From Podarcis erhardii (lineage: Eukaryota): a DNA stretch of 64,000 nt. Shown one piece after another: positions 1-9,954 of this stretch (the first letter of the stretch is position 1; the number at the start of each line of letters is the position of its first letter). Below the pieces are notes generated by a model, which was not told the origin of the DNA, searched no databases, and worked only from the letters and a program-made list of their open reading frames with translations. The position numbers and the translations under genes were made by a program. The DNA lies in assembly GCA_964252035.1 (NCBI GenBank), contig OZ176216.1. One strand, 5' to 3'.

Positions 1-325
1 GTTGTCTGTGAGCATGCTCACGTCTTTTAGAACCTTATTTGGTTGTATGTATAAATACTTCAGGAGAAGTCTTGAATCCTTTTTTTTTTTTACAACAAGC
101 CTATGCGGTTGTTTAAAAATTCCCCTGCTTAACCCTTCCAGTTAAATATATTATATTTCCTGTGATTCTTAACTGATGAGAATCTGTCAGTAACAGTAGC
201 TTTTGTGAAACATCCCCATGGGTTAAGGGCTGGTGTTTAAAAATAAATTCTTTCCACCCCGGCACTCAAAATCTCTGAGCATACCAAGAGGACTCACTTT
301 CCACCCATCTTTTGCCTTTCTGTAG

Positions 326-423
326 GAAACTACACAGTGGGATGAAGACTTATGGGTGTGAATTGTGCGGGAAAAGATTCCTTGACAGCCTGCGGCTCCG
401 GATGCACTTATTGGCTCATTCAG
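326..423 (+). CDS. ZBTB16: ZBTB16/PLZF internal coding exon (orthologous to human exon 3): (R)KLHSGMKTYGCELCGKRFLDSLRLRMHLLAHS, end of ZF1 plus C2H2 ZF2
   Basis: The peptide matches PLZF as recalled. A polypyrimidine tract plus AG (324-325) precedes it and a GTAAGT donor follows (424). Its 98 bp equal the recalled human exon size; phase 2 to phase 1. Confidence 0.97.
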
Positions 424-758
424 GTAAGTTTGGGAAAATGGGGGGAGGGGCATTCCTTCCCCCCATCCACTTTCCAGGTTCGTGGTATTTTAGCTTAATC
501 AGGATTGGAATATACTGAAACTCTATCGTCATCATCCCCATCATATTGAGTGTAGAGCGTACAAGAAGATGAACACTTAGGACCAAAACAGATGTCAATG
601 CATTTCATATTCTGTCACCCCCTCCTTATAAATAGTGACTGGTGTGTGTGTATGAGGCAGGACTTGTTTCAAAAGAGAGACAAAGTTGGGAGAAATGTGT
701 ATTTTAAAATTGGTTGCAAGCCTCTCAGTTTCCCATATCCCTTCATCATGGAGAACAT

Positions 759-1047
759 TTGTTGTTTGTTGTTGTTTAGTCATTTAGTCATGTCCGACTC
801 TTCGTGACCCCATGGAGCACACCAGGCACTTCTGTCTTCCACTGCCTCCCAAAGTTTGGTCAAACTCATGTTGGTAGCTTCAATAACACTGTCCAACCAT
901 CTCGTCCTCTGTCGCCCCCTTCTCCTTGTGCCCTCCATCTTTCCCAACATCAGGGTCTTTTCCAGGGAGTCTTCTCTTCTCACAAGGTGGCCAAAGTATT
1001 GGAGCCTCAGCTTCAGGATCTGTCCTTCCAGTGAGCACTCTATGTTC
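759..1047 (-). mobile_element. BovB (RTE clade) LINE 3' fragment, 5'-truncated, with 12-bp TSD
   Basis: The minus-strand peptide RREDSLEKTLMLGKMEGTRRRGRQRTRWLDSV is the typical BovB C-terminus, followed by a (CAA)-type tail. CATGGAGAACAT occurs at 747-758 and 1048-1059. Confidence 0.92.
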
Positions 1048-1390
1048 CATGGAGAACATAGAATGAATCAAATCACAGGTGTGTGTAAAACAAGGTTTCC
1101 CAAAGCCACCAAATTGAGCTGTTTGCTGATAGTTGGCCCTCTTTGCTGTTAACCTGTGACCCAGCTTGTTCCCTTTTCATCCCTGTGAAATATTACTCTG
1201 GTCTGCCTGTTGAGGATGCTTGTGTGATAACAGAAAGCTCACATACCTGGTCACCAGCCTGAGTTAGGTCTCAGTTTGTAAGAACAGAACAGCTTTTCTT
1301 ATTTTGCATGGATTATCTTGTGTCTGCAGCTTGCTGTGTGGGCTTCTGGGGGTGAAGAGTGTGAGGTGGCGAGGTTATGGAGATAACCCT

Positions 1391-1700
1391 ATAGAATCAC
1401 AGAATTGTAGAGTTGGAAGGTACCCCAAGTCCTATCCTCTGCAGTGCAAGAATCACAGCTGAAGAATCCCAAACAGCTGGCCATCTAATCTCTATTTAAA
1501 AACCTCCAGTGAAAGAGAGTCCACCAGCCTCTTAAGTAGTCTGTTGCCCTGCCAAGCAGCAATCACCACCAGGAAGTTCTTCCTAATGTTTAGTCAGAAT
1601 ACATTGGTTCAGATCCTACCTTCAGGAGCAGCAGAAAACAGCTCCATCTTCAAAGTGACAAGCCCTTCAGATATTTCAAAATGGCTATCATATCACCCCC
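1391..1700 (-). mobile_element. CR1 LINE 3' fragment
   Basis: Starts with ATAGAATCACAGAATTGTAGAGTTGGAAGG (reverse complement of the CR1 ATTCTRTG tail) and contains CAGGAAGTTCTTCCTAATGTT from the CR1 ORF2 end. Confidence 0.8.
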
Positions 1701-1740
1701 CATTAAGCACTCGGGTGGCATGGTAAGTTAGGCCAGTATT

Positions 1741-1742
<2 letters not shown>

Positions 1743-1788
<46 letters not shown>

Positions 1789-2255
1789 ATTATTATTATT
1801 ATTTTAAAAAATAGTTTTGCAGTTTAAAAATTTACAATCAATTATCCAACAACCAACATAAAAACAAGATTCCAAAGAATCTCCTCCTCCCCTTTGTGGG
1901 TCTGTTTGTTAACCATTTCCTGCTGCATCTTTTATAATAATCCAAATCTTTTTCATCTTCATTATATCCAAAATTCAACTACAAGTGTTATTCCAATCCT
2001 ACTAATGATTTTAGCTGTTTACGATGGTTTTTAAGATAAATTATGTAATTTTCCCATTCCTTATTAAAATTTTGGCCTTCCTGATCTCTGACTCTTCCGG
2101 TCATTTTTGCCGTTTTGGCATAGTCCACCAACTTAATCTGCCATTCTTCTCTGGCAGGGACTTTGTCTTCTTTCCATCTCTGGGCCATTAACATCCAGGC
2201 AGCTATGGTCACATACATAAATAGTCTTTTCTGCTCTGTTGGGATTTTGGCACTT
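1743..2255 (-). mobile_element. L1-clade LINE 3' fragment with (AAT)n(AAC)n tail and 20-bp TSD
   Basis: Minus ORF 1988-2218 (MYVTIAAWMLMAQRWKEDKVPAREEWQIKLVDYAK...) resembles the squamate L1 ORF2 C-terminus. GTAAGTTAGGCCAGTATTAT occurs at 1723-1742 and 2256-2275. Confidence 0.88.
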
Positions 2256-3399
2256 GTAAGTTAGGCCAGTATTATCCCTGTATTGCAAAGACAGGCTTGG
2301 TCAAGAGAAAAATGGCAAAGCTTGCTCATGGCCAGCACAAAATTTAACCAACAGCTTTCTAGTCCATAGTGTGGTCTTGTGCCCACTTGACAACAGGCTA
2401 CTAAATAATGGTAGCCATTGTGCTAGGACAAAGGACTGTTGGGTGCACAGAAGTTCAACTCCTTGGCCTCTAGAAGCTGTGGCCTCCCTCCCTCCTGAGA
2501 GTTCTCCATACACCAGAAACATACTTCTAAAGATTGCCATTGGAGTTAGGGACAGTGCTGGTTTAAATGCATACCAATTCAGACCATGAGCCACGCTTCA
2601 GACTTTGCCCTGTTGAAGAGTACAAACTACAATTTCTCAATGATTTCCCAGCCATTAAAGCCAATTGGTTACACTTTGTCAGAGGTCCTCAGAGCCAGGT
2701 CTTGTCATTCTGAATGGTTTTCTTTGGCTCCTTGATACTGCAGGTGCTTAAGCACAGCCCTGGAGCGGCAGACTTTGAATCCCAAGTGGCTGATTACTAT
2801 TCCATCCTTCCAGGATGGACAGACATGGCTCCCCCTATTTCGCTCGTCTTTGTCTCCACCAATACGTTCTGCATTTCTGTGTATGTGTTGCGAAAGCTGC
2901 ATTCTCCGAGCAACCACTGGAGTTGCATTAGTAAAACTGTTGCAGAATTAGGCACTCGCTTCCTGTAATGAATCTCACGAGTGGGCTCAAATTATGCAGC
3001 CTCCTTAATTAAATGGCTATCAAGGGGCTGGAATGCTAAGTGGGAGGCTTGGTATCCTGAAAGTTAATTCAGTCCCAAACTTACTTGCAGGAGGAACTCA
3101 GTGTGCAGCCATCCCATATACTCAGTTCTCTGAATGGTGCTCCTTATGTAGCTTATGTGTCCCAAGCTTTGCAGAAGGGGGGTGGTATTTAAGCAAGAGA
3201 ACTGAAGTGGCAGCAGGACCGCCCAATCAGGACAGAGCATGCTCAGTGATGGCGGCATACCGCCTTGACTATTGTGGCTGGCTGGCTGGGAGTCTCTCTC
3301 ACGCAATTTTGATGGTGTGGTGATTGTGGGGCTCAAAGGTTTGGACCCTTTCCTGAACGGACTCACCTCCTCACACATAAAGGCACAGAGCCTTTGTGC

Positions 3400-4110
3400 A
3401 GAGAGAGAGAGAAATCTGCCAGATTCTGTTTCTCTCAGTTTTTCATTTTTTTCTAATCTTAGAATCAGCATTTCACATTCATGCATTCATTAGGCATTCT
3501 TCTGTTAACATAAAAAAAATTCATCGTGAAAATTCATCATCATCTTGATTCTAACCCCATCCCCCAAGTTTTTGCATGCAGTTTTGACTAATGTACTTTT
3601 TTGCATTTTCTCTCAAAACAGTCAATTTTCATATACAAATGCATTTTTATGCCCCCTTTCTTCTAATATGTATACACATTTTTGCACATATCCGTTGGTT
3701 GGAAAACAGCATCGCAAAATTCGGAGAAGCGTAGATTTCAAAGGATTGCTGTGTTTTGGTTCTTGGTTCGAGATGCGCAGATTAGGTAAAAGGTAAAGGG
3801 ACTCCTGACCATTAGGACAAGTCGTGGCTGACTCTGGGGTTGCAGCACTCATCTCGCTTTATTGGCCGAGGGAGCCGGCGTACAGCTTCCGGGTCATGTG
3901 GCCAGCATGATTAAGCCGCTTCTGGCGAACCAGAGCAGCGCACGGAAATGCTGTTTACCTTCCTGCCAGAGTGGTACCTATTTATCTACTTGCACTTTGA
4001 CGTGTTTTTGAACCGCTAGGTTGGCAGGAGGCAGATTAGATAGTTTCTCATTAAAATTCAGAAAGCTAACGACCCCCCTCCTGCCCACCACAAATTTGTT
4101 CCTCATCCCC
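3400..4110. mobile_element. AT-rich non-autonomous DNA-transposon-like repeat, interrupted by a Sauria SINE
   Basis: Shares motifs (GTTTTGACTAATGTA, GAAAACxGCATxGCAAAATT, terminal CATCCC) with 18218-18650 and, inverted, with 49785-50090. Class not determined. Confidence 0.5.
3786..4030 (-). mobile_element. Sauria SINE, 5'-truncated, 9-bp TSD
   Basis: Has the GGTAAAGGGAC.CCTGACCATTAGG 3' end and the shared body. GCAGATTAG occurs at 3777-3785 and 4031-4039. Confidence 0.9.
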
Positions 4111-4834
4111 GACTGCTGTTCATTCATTCACCATATTATTTTTGAGTCCTAGCTACACAGCTGTCCCAGGAGAAAGGGGAAGGCAAGCCCTCTGCATCTC
4201 TCCCCTGGCTCGCTTGCTTAGAAGAGATAGGTGAACAGGTGATAGCAGCAAGAGACGGCAGCAGAAGCAAGGCCTGGGGGCTCCAAGGGTTGACTGTGGA
4301 CTCACTGCTGCAGTGCGGACCTTGGCGATTGCCCAGTTATGCTGATTCCTGACACTAGCCTTGGACACAGATAGGGCTCTCCTACCATGTCCTAGTTGTT
4401 AGCTTCTGGAGTATTTACAGTCTGGTCCTCACTGTAAGCATGGGAAGGAAGCAACAGTTGCAGGGTGTTCACAGAGATTTGCATGTATTTATTTAACAAA
4501 ATTTAGATACTGCTTGCTGGAACAAAAGACCTCTGAGTGGCTCACAACAGACGGTCTAAAATCTTCATTTAAAGCACCAGTTTAAAAGCAGGTTACATTT
4601 TGTAAAAAAAAAACCCCAACCCTTTAAATATAAAATAAAACCAGTAATTTTAAAACACTTTATAACTATTAAACTCCCATGTCAAAATTCTGTGCTAAAA
4701 TTACATGCCTGGGTAGGCTTGATGGACCAAAAATGGTTTTGGAAGGTGCTGAAAACAACTCAGTCTCTCTTGCTGTCAAAGGGCAGAAGCTGAGCATGAT
4801 GGGAAACTGCAGCCTTAGAAGAGAGGAAGCAAGG

Positions 4835-5406
4835 GAGATGCCTTGGTCCAATCTAGCTCTCTCTCCACTGAGAGGCAGTGGCTCTCCAGGGTTTCAGACG
4901 AGGGTCTGTGCAGCTTTACAGGAATAATAATAATAATAATAAAAATAATAATAATAATTTATTTGTACCCCACCCATCTGGCTGGGTCTTCCCAGCCACT
5001 CTGGGCAGCTTCCAACAAAGATTAAAAATACATTAAAATGTCACACATTAAAAACTTTCCTAAACAGGGCTGCCTTCAGCTGTCTTCTAAAAGTCAGATA
5101 GTTGTTTGTTTCCTTGACATCTGATTGGAGGGTGTTCCACAGGCTGGGTGCCACTACCGAGAAGGCCCTCTGCCTGGTTCCCAGTAACTGCTTCTCACAG
5201 TGAGGGAACTGCCAGAAAGCCCTCAGAGCTGGACCTCAGTGTCCAGGCAGAACGATGGGGGTGGAGATGCTCCTTCAGGTATACTGGGCCAAGGCCGTTT
5301 AGGGCTTTAAAGGTCAGCACCAACACTTTGAATTGTGCTCAGAAACATACTGGAAGCCAGGGATTGAAACAAATTCTGTGTGCAAGGCAGTTGCTCTACC
5401 ACTGAG
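4835..5406 (-). mobile_element. tRNA-derived SINE split by the L2 insertion (parts about 4835-4920 and 5356-5406)
   Basis: The body GCAGTGGCTCTCCAGGGTTTCAG lies left of the L2, and the head GCCAGGGATTGAA...GCTCTACCACTGAG (reverse A/B-box region) lies to its right. Confidence 0.65.
4921..5359 (-). mobile_element. L2 LINE 3' fragment with (TTA)n tail
   Basis: The reverse strand reads ...FKVLVLTFKALNGLGPVYLKEHLHPHRS...QRAFSVVAP.LWN, the L2 ORF2 end. Closely similar to the copies at 17540, 31975 and 59977. Confidence 0.88.
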
Positions 5407-5909
5407 GAAGATTTTTAATGGTGAGCGCATGGTACGGTGCCAGGCCAATTTTAGAAATATAGGAATATATTCCAAGGGAAGCTTTGTCCCTCCAGCAGAG
5501 CTCCACATTTCCACCCAGCGAAAACTTCTCTGTAGGTATAAAAAGAACTTTCAACCTACGTTTGAGGGTGATAAGAGGGTGGGCAAAAGTCTGTTCCTTC
5601 TTTCAGTTTTTCCTGGAGCCAGGTGGGTTAATTCTGACAGGTGACAAAATATGCCAGGGTTGCTGAAGCTCCATGTGTTCCCTGGGACATTTTTCGGAAT
5701 GGGGGATGTCAGTTGCCACAATAAATTGTGTGTGTGTGGGGGGGGAGATTTCAGTTGTGTTGTGGAGAGGTTAATTCAGGGACATTTGACCTCCTGAAAT
5801 TAAGCCCTACCTCTGAAAATAATCGGAATGTAGTTGTCCACTTTTATATCCTGTTTATAGGGCCAAAAAATTATGGAGAGGAAGTATATGGTTTCAGCAC
5901 AAATGCAAA

Positions 5910-5988
5910 TCTATCTATAATTTATCTATATCTATCTATCATCTATCTATATCTATAGCTATAGCTATAGCTATAGCTATAGCTATCT
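5910..5988. repeat. (TATC)n/(TATAGC)n microsatellite running into an assembly gap
   Basis: Direct reading of the sequence. Confidence 0.9.
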
Positions 5989-6372
5989 NNNNNNNNNNNN
6001 NNNNNNNNNNNNNNNNNNNNNNNNNNNNNNNNNNNNNNNNNNNNNNNNNNNNNNNNNNNNNNNNNNNNNNNNNNNNNNNNNNNNNNNNNNNNNNNNNNNN
6101 NNNNNNNNNNNNNNNNNNNNNNNNNNNNNNNNNNNNNNNNNNNNNNNNNNNNNNNNNNNNNNNNNNNNNNNNNNNNNNNNNNNNNNNNNNNNNNNNNNNN
6201 NNNNNNNNNNNNNNNNNNNNNNNNNNNNNNNNNNNNNNNNNNNNNNNNNNNNNNNNNNNNNNNNNNNNNNNNNNNNNNNNNNNNNNNNNNNNNNNNNNNN
6301 NNNNNNNNNNNNNNNNNNNNNNNNNNNNNNNNNNNNNNNNNNNNNNNNNNNNNNNNNNNNNNNNNNNNNNNN
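5989..6372. other. Assembly gap (384 N)
   Basis: Run of N. Confidence 1.
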
Positions 6373-6714
6373 GCAAATTCACTGTTCATTGTAAGTTCTT
6401 AAAGTGAGGTGCAGTGCAAATCACAAATATATCCAAACCGGTGAAACAATCCAAATAACTAGGTCTTTACCTGGTACTGAAATGGGCTGGGATGAGCGTC
6501 AGTGGCAGATATGCTTCAGGGATGGAGGGGTTTCCAGGGACAAGGTGCCATTGAACATAAGACCGTTTCTTGCCTCACCTCAAATGTGCGCCTGCCATTG
6601 GCAGAGTGTCAAGGAGGGACTCCCTGCACATTTTCAGCCAGCGAGGGGGTCTTGCTTCAGATATTTGACTCCCGGTATGTTTAGACCTTTATAGGTTAGC
6701 CCAATCACCTTGAA

Positions 6715-7050
6715 GTAAAGGTAAAGGGACCCCTGACCATTAGGTCCAGTGGTGGCCAACTTTGGGGTTGTGGCGCTCATCTCATTTTATTGGCCGAGGG
6801 AGCCAGCGTACAGCTTCCGGGTCATGTGGCCAGCATGACTAAGCCGCTTCTGGCGAACCAGAGCAGTGCACGGAAACGCCGTTTACCTTCCCGCCGGAGC
6901 GGTACATATTTATCTTCTTGCACTTTGACGTGCTTTCGACCTGTTAGGTTGGCAGGAGCAGGGACCGAGCAACGGAAGCTCACCCCGTCACGGGGATTCG
7001 AACCGCTGACCTTCTGATCAGCAAGTCCTAGGCTCCCACATCCCCTCATT
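6715..7050 (-). mobile_element. Sauria SINE, near full length with a deletion in the 5' head
   Basis: Collinear with the other five copies. Probable TSD ACCTTGAA at 6707-6714 and 7051-7058. Confidence 0.9.
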
Positions 7051-7182
7051 ACCTTGAAACCAGACCCCAAATCCAGCTTTTGAGTCCATGCAAGCAGCCG
7101 GCTGGCTGAATAGATCATGTTAGGAAACAAGATATGCAGAATTCATGTTTTGTGTTCATGCATGCATGCAAGAGAGAGTGGT

Positions 7183-7197
7183 GTGTGTGTGTTGTTT

Positions 7198-7240
<43 letters not shown>
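7183..7240. repeat. Interrupted (GT)n microsatellite
   Basis: Direct reading. Confidence 0.9.
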
Positions 7241-7244
<4 letters not shown>

Positions 7245-7254
7245 ATTCTGTAAC

Positions 7255-7530
7255 CACCGAATACCCGGATTGCAAAACCAGGTTTGGCCAAACCTGCCGG
7301 CGATTCCCCAGCGTCCCATCGCGCTGTCCGGCGGTGGGGACAGCACGGTGTCGGCCCGTGTGGAGAGAGCGCTCTGCTGCCTCTCAGCTGTGTTTTCCCT
7401 TCCCCTCCCTCCCTCCCTCTCCTCTCTGGCGCACGCTGCCTCTGTTTGTTGTTGTCGTTTTGGCCCAGTGCCAGCAGTTGGCTGGCTGGCTGCCTGTTTT
7501 GCGGGTACAGTATGTACAGTGAGCGTCGAG
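7255..7530. promoter_or_regulatory. Intronic CpG-island-like segment with a GRE-like palindrome (GGTACAgtaTGTACA, 7504-7518)
   Basis: About 19 CpG in about 275 bp (hand count), with no recognisable repeat. Confidence 0.5.
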
Positions 7531-8875
7531 CCAAGTTTGTCATCATGAAAGGTTTTTTTTTTTTCCCCTTTCCTGCCTGCCTGGGTGGGAGGGAGGGAGG
7601 AGCTGCTCTGGTGCTCGAAAACAACCGCGTTAAATTCCAGGGCTGTTGTTTATGAAAGCTACCGGCACCCCCTTGGGCTGTTTTATTCCAATTTTCTCTG
7701 CCTCCACCCTCCTTTTTTTGCTCTCCCTCCATCCCCAGATAAGCTTACACTGATTTGACTGAATGAAGGCCTCCTCTTAACACTGGAACAACGGATTGTT
7801 TTTTTAAAACCTGTTTCTTTCTCTCTCTTTCTCTCTCTCTCTCGGATAAATTCACAACTTGTTTAATTAGAAATTGACTCCCTAGGTGGACCAGCCAGCC
7901 CCCCTATCTGCTGTCTGTCCCATTTCCCACCCCTGCCTGCACTTAACATGTTTTGTAGTATTTGGCTATATTGTTGTTAAACCTTGGGCTTAATTGAAGT
8001 TAGAGCAGCGTGTGTGTGGCGTTTTTTAATTTCACTTTGGATGCGCGTTAACTAATCAAGTGTTTACGAGCGATACCTGATGATAGAGGGTTTTTTTATT
8101 TTAAGAAATCAATTAGCAAACGATAAACCCTCGCATTAAATAACAGGATTGATCAGGGCAGCCCCTGTTCCCGCGTGCCCTAAGGAGGTTAGGGCTGCCA
8201 CGGTGCCATCAGAAATGTGTGTATCTTTGTATCGTGTGCCAGAGGACTGAAATCCTTGTTGTGGGCCTCTTCTTACCATTCTCTGAGTCTGTGTCCACCG
8301 GAAATGCAGCCACCCACAAATGGACCAGCCCTAAAGAGAGAAGAGCTGATGAGATTCCTGGTGGGGCATATCCAGGTACAGCTGGGATTTGTCTCCCATA
8401 TGAAACCCTGGAGGGCAGCTATAATACTGCAATACTGAGCCTGATGGACCAAGGACATGACATGGTATATAAGGCATCTTCCTGTGCTCCTAAGAATGGC
8501 TTAGCTTTGACCAGGGTGGGTTCGATTGAAATCAAATTGATTGAAATCACGATTGAAATCACTAGTCAGTAAGACTTGATTTATTTATTTATTTGCAGAA
8601 AGACTAATTCTTGCTGGTACAATCTTAATATTTACAACCAGAGGAAGGTTTCATTTTTTGTAATGATAAATTTTCAGAGTAGTTCTTTTTACAGTTATAT
8701 CAAAAATTACAAGATTTGGTTATACTATTAAAATACATAGAGTGATAATTATGAAATTATTGTGAGGTTTAATAAGTTAACTGTTTGTATTTGGTGAACT
8801 TTTCTGCTGTACTTTATTGGGAGGAGAAAAATAATAATTTCCTTGATAACAATTTAAACAATTTATTTAACTAAA

Positions 8876-9149
8876 CAGGCATGTCCAACTCCCAAGAGAC
8901 TGCGATCTACTCCCAGTATAAAAAAACTGGCAGTGGTCTACCCATTGTCATTGGAGGGAGGAGGAGCGTGCGTGGGGTGGGTGGGTGGGTGGATTGCCCA
9001 GAGTTGTTAAGCTATTTTGGGGGGGAGGATTGCACAGAGTTTTTAAGCTTTCCCCTCTTAACTTTTTGTACTTGATAAGGATCCCGTGATCTACCAGGAT
9101 CAGCCAGGGATCTACCAGTAGATTGCGATCTACTGGTTGGACATCCCTG
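8876..9149. mobile_element. hAT-type MITE
   Basis: TIRs CAGGCATGTCCAAC...GTTGGACATCCCTG, with AACTAAA flanking both sides. Shares its subterminal sequence with 19954-20328 in opposite orientation. Confidence 0.8.
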
Positions 9150-9310
9150 AACTAAAACAATAACATTATAGCATATGTATCCATGTTTGTTAGCTGATGT
9201 GGTTAAACATTAAAAAAACCCCACACCTTAGACTGAGTTTTAGCACACATGAAAAACTTAAAACAAATCCTTATTTCCTGATGAATCTCCTTTTGACTAT
9301 AATGTAACTT

Positions 9311-9954
9311 TTTTTAAAAAATATATATTTTATTAAAGTTTTTAAACATAAATGCAAAGATAGAAAACAGTATAACATATATCATAACATACTTTCGTAA
9401 CTTCTTTGGACTCCCTCACATCTCCCGCTCCCATTTGCATCATTGTCAATTCTTGCCTGCAATTTATCATCTTGTTTACAATCTTGTGTCACATTCATTT
9501 AACTCTAATCTGTTAATTCTCCAATAGGTTTATAATTTTTCCTCAACTTACTTGTCATCTTAATTCCATCTAGTTTAGTGGTGCACAATTATTTATGATC
9601 TAGCATCCTTTCTTAACATTCAACCAAATTACAGTGTTTTTTTAAATAAATCTTGAATTTCTTCCAGTCTTCTTCAACCCTCTCCTCTCCCAGGTCTCGG
9701 ATTCTGCCAGTCATCTCGGCCAGTTCCATGTAGTCCATCAGTTGCATCTGCCACTCTTCCAGTGTGGGTAGATCTTGAGTTTTCCAGTTCTTAGCGATGA
9801 GTATCCTTGCTGCCGTTGTTACGTACATAAAAAATGTTCGGTCCTTCTTTAACACCTTCGGGCCGACAATACCCAGAAGGAAGGCCTCTGGTTTCTTGGT
9901 GAAGGTATACTTAAATACCTTTTTCAGCTCATTATATATCATTTCCCAGAAAGC
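9311..9954 (-). mobile_element. L1-clade LINE 3' fragment, 5'-truncated, 14-bp TSD
   Basis: Uninterrupted minus ORF 9613-9942 (KPEAFLLGI...AARILIAKNWK...EEWQMQLMDYMELAEMT), then a 3'UTR and A-rich end. CTATAATGTAACTT occurs at 9297-9310 and 9955-9968. Confidence 0.92.

Noticed and set aside
312-518. ORF-track protein MPFCRKLHSG...FSLIRIGIY as a standalone gene
   Set aside because: Only 326-423 is coding; the rest is read-through across splice sites.
5939-6389. ORFs spanning poly-X (also 16248-16754)
   Set aside because: Artefacts of N gaps.
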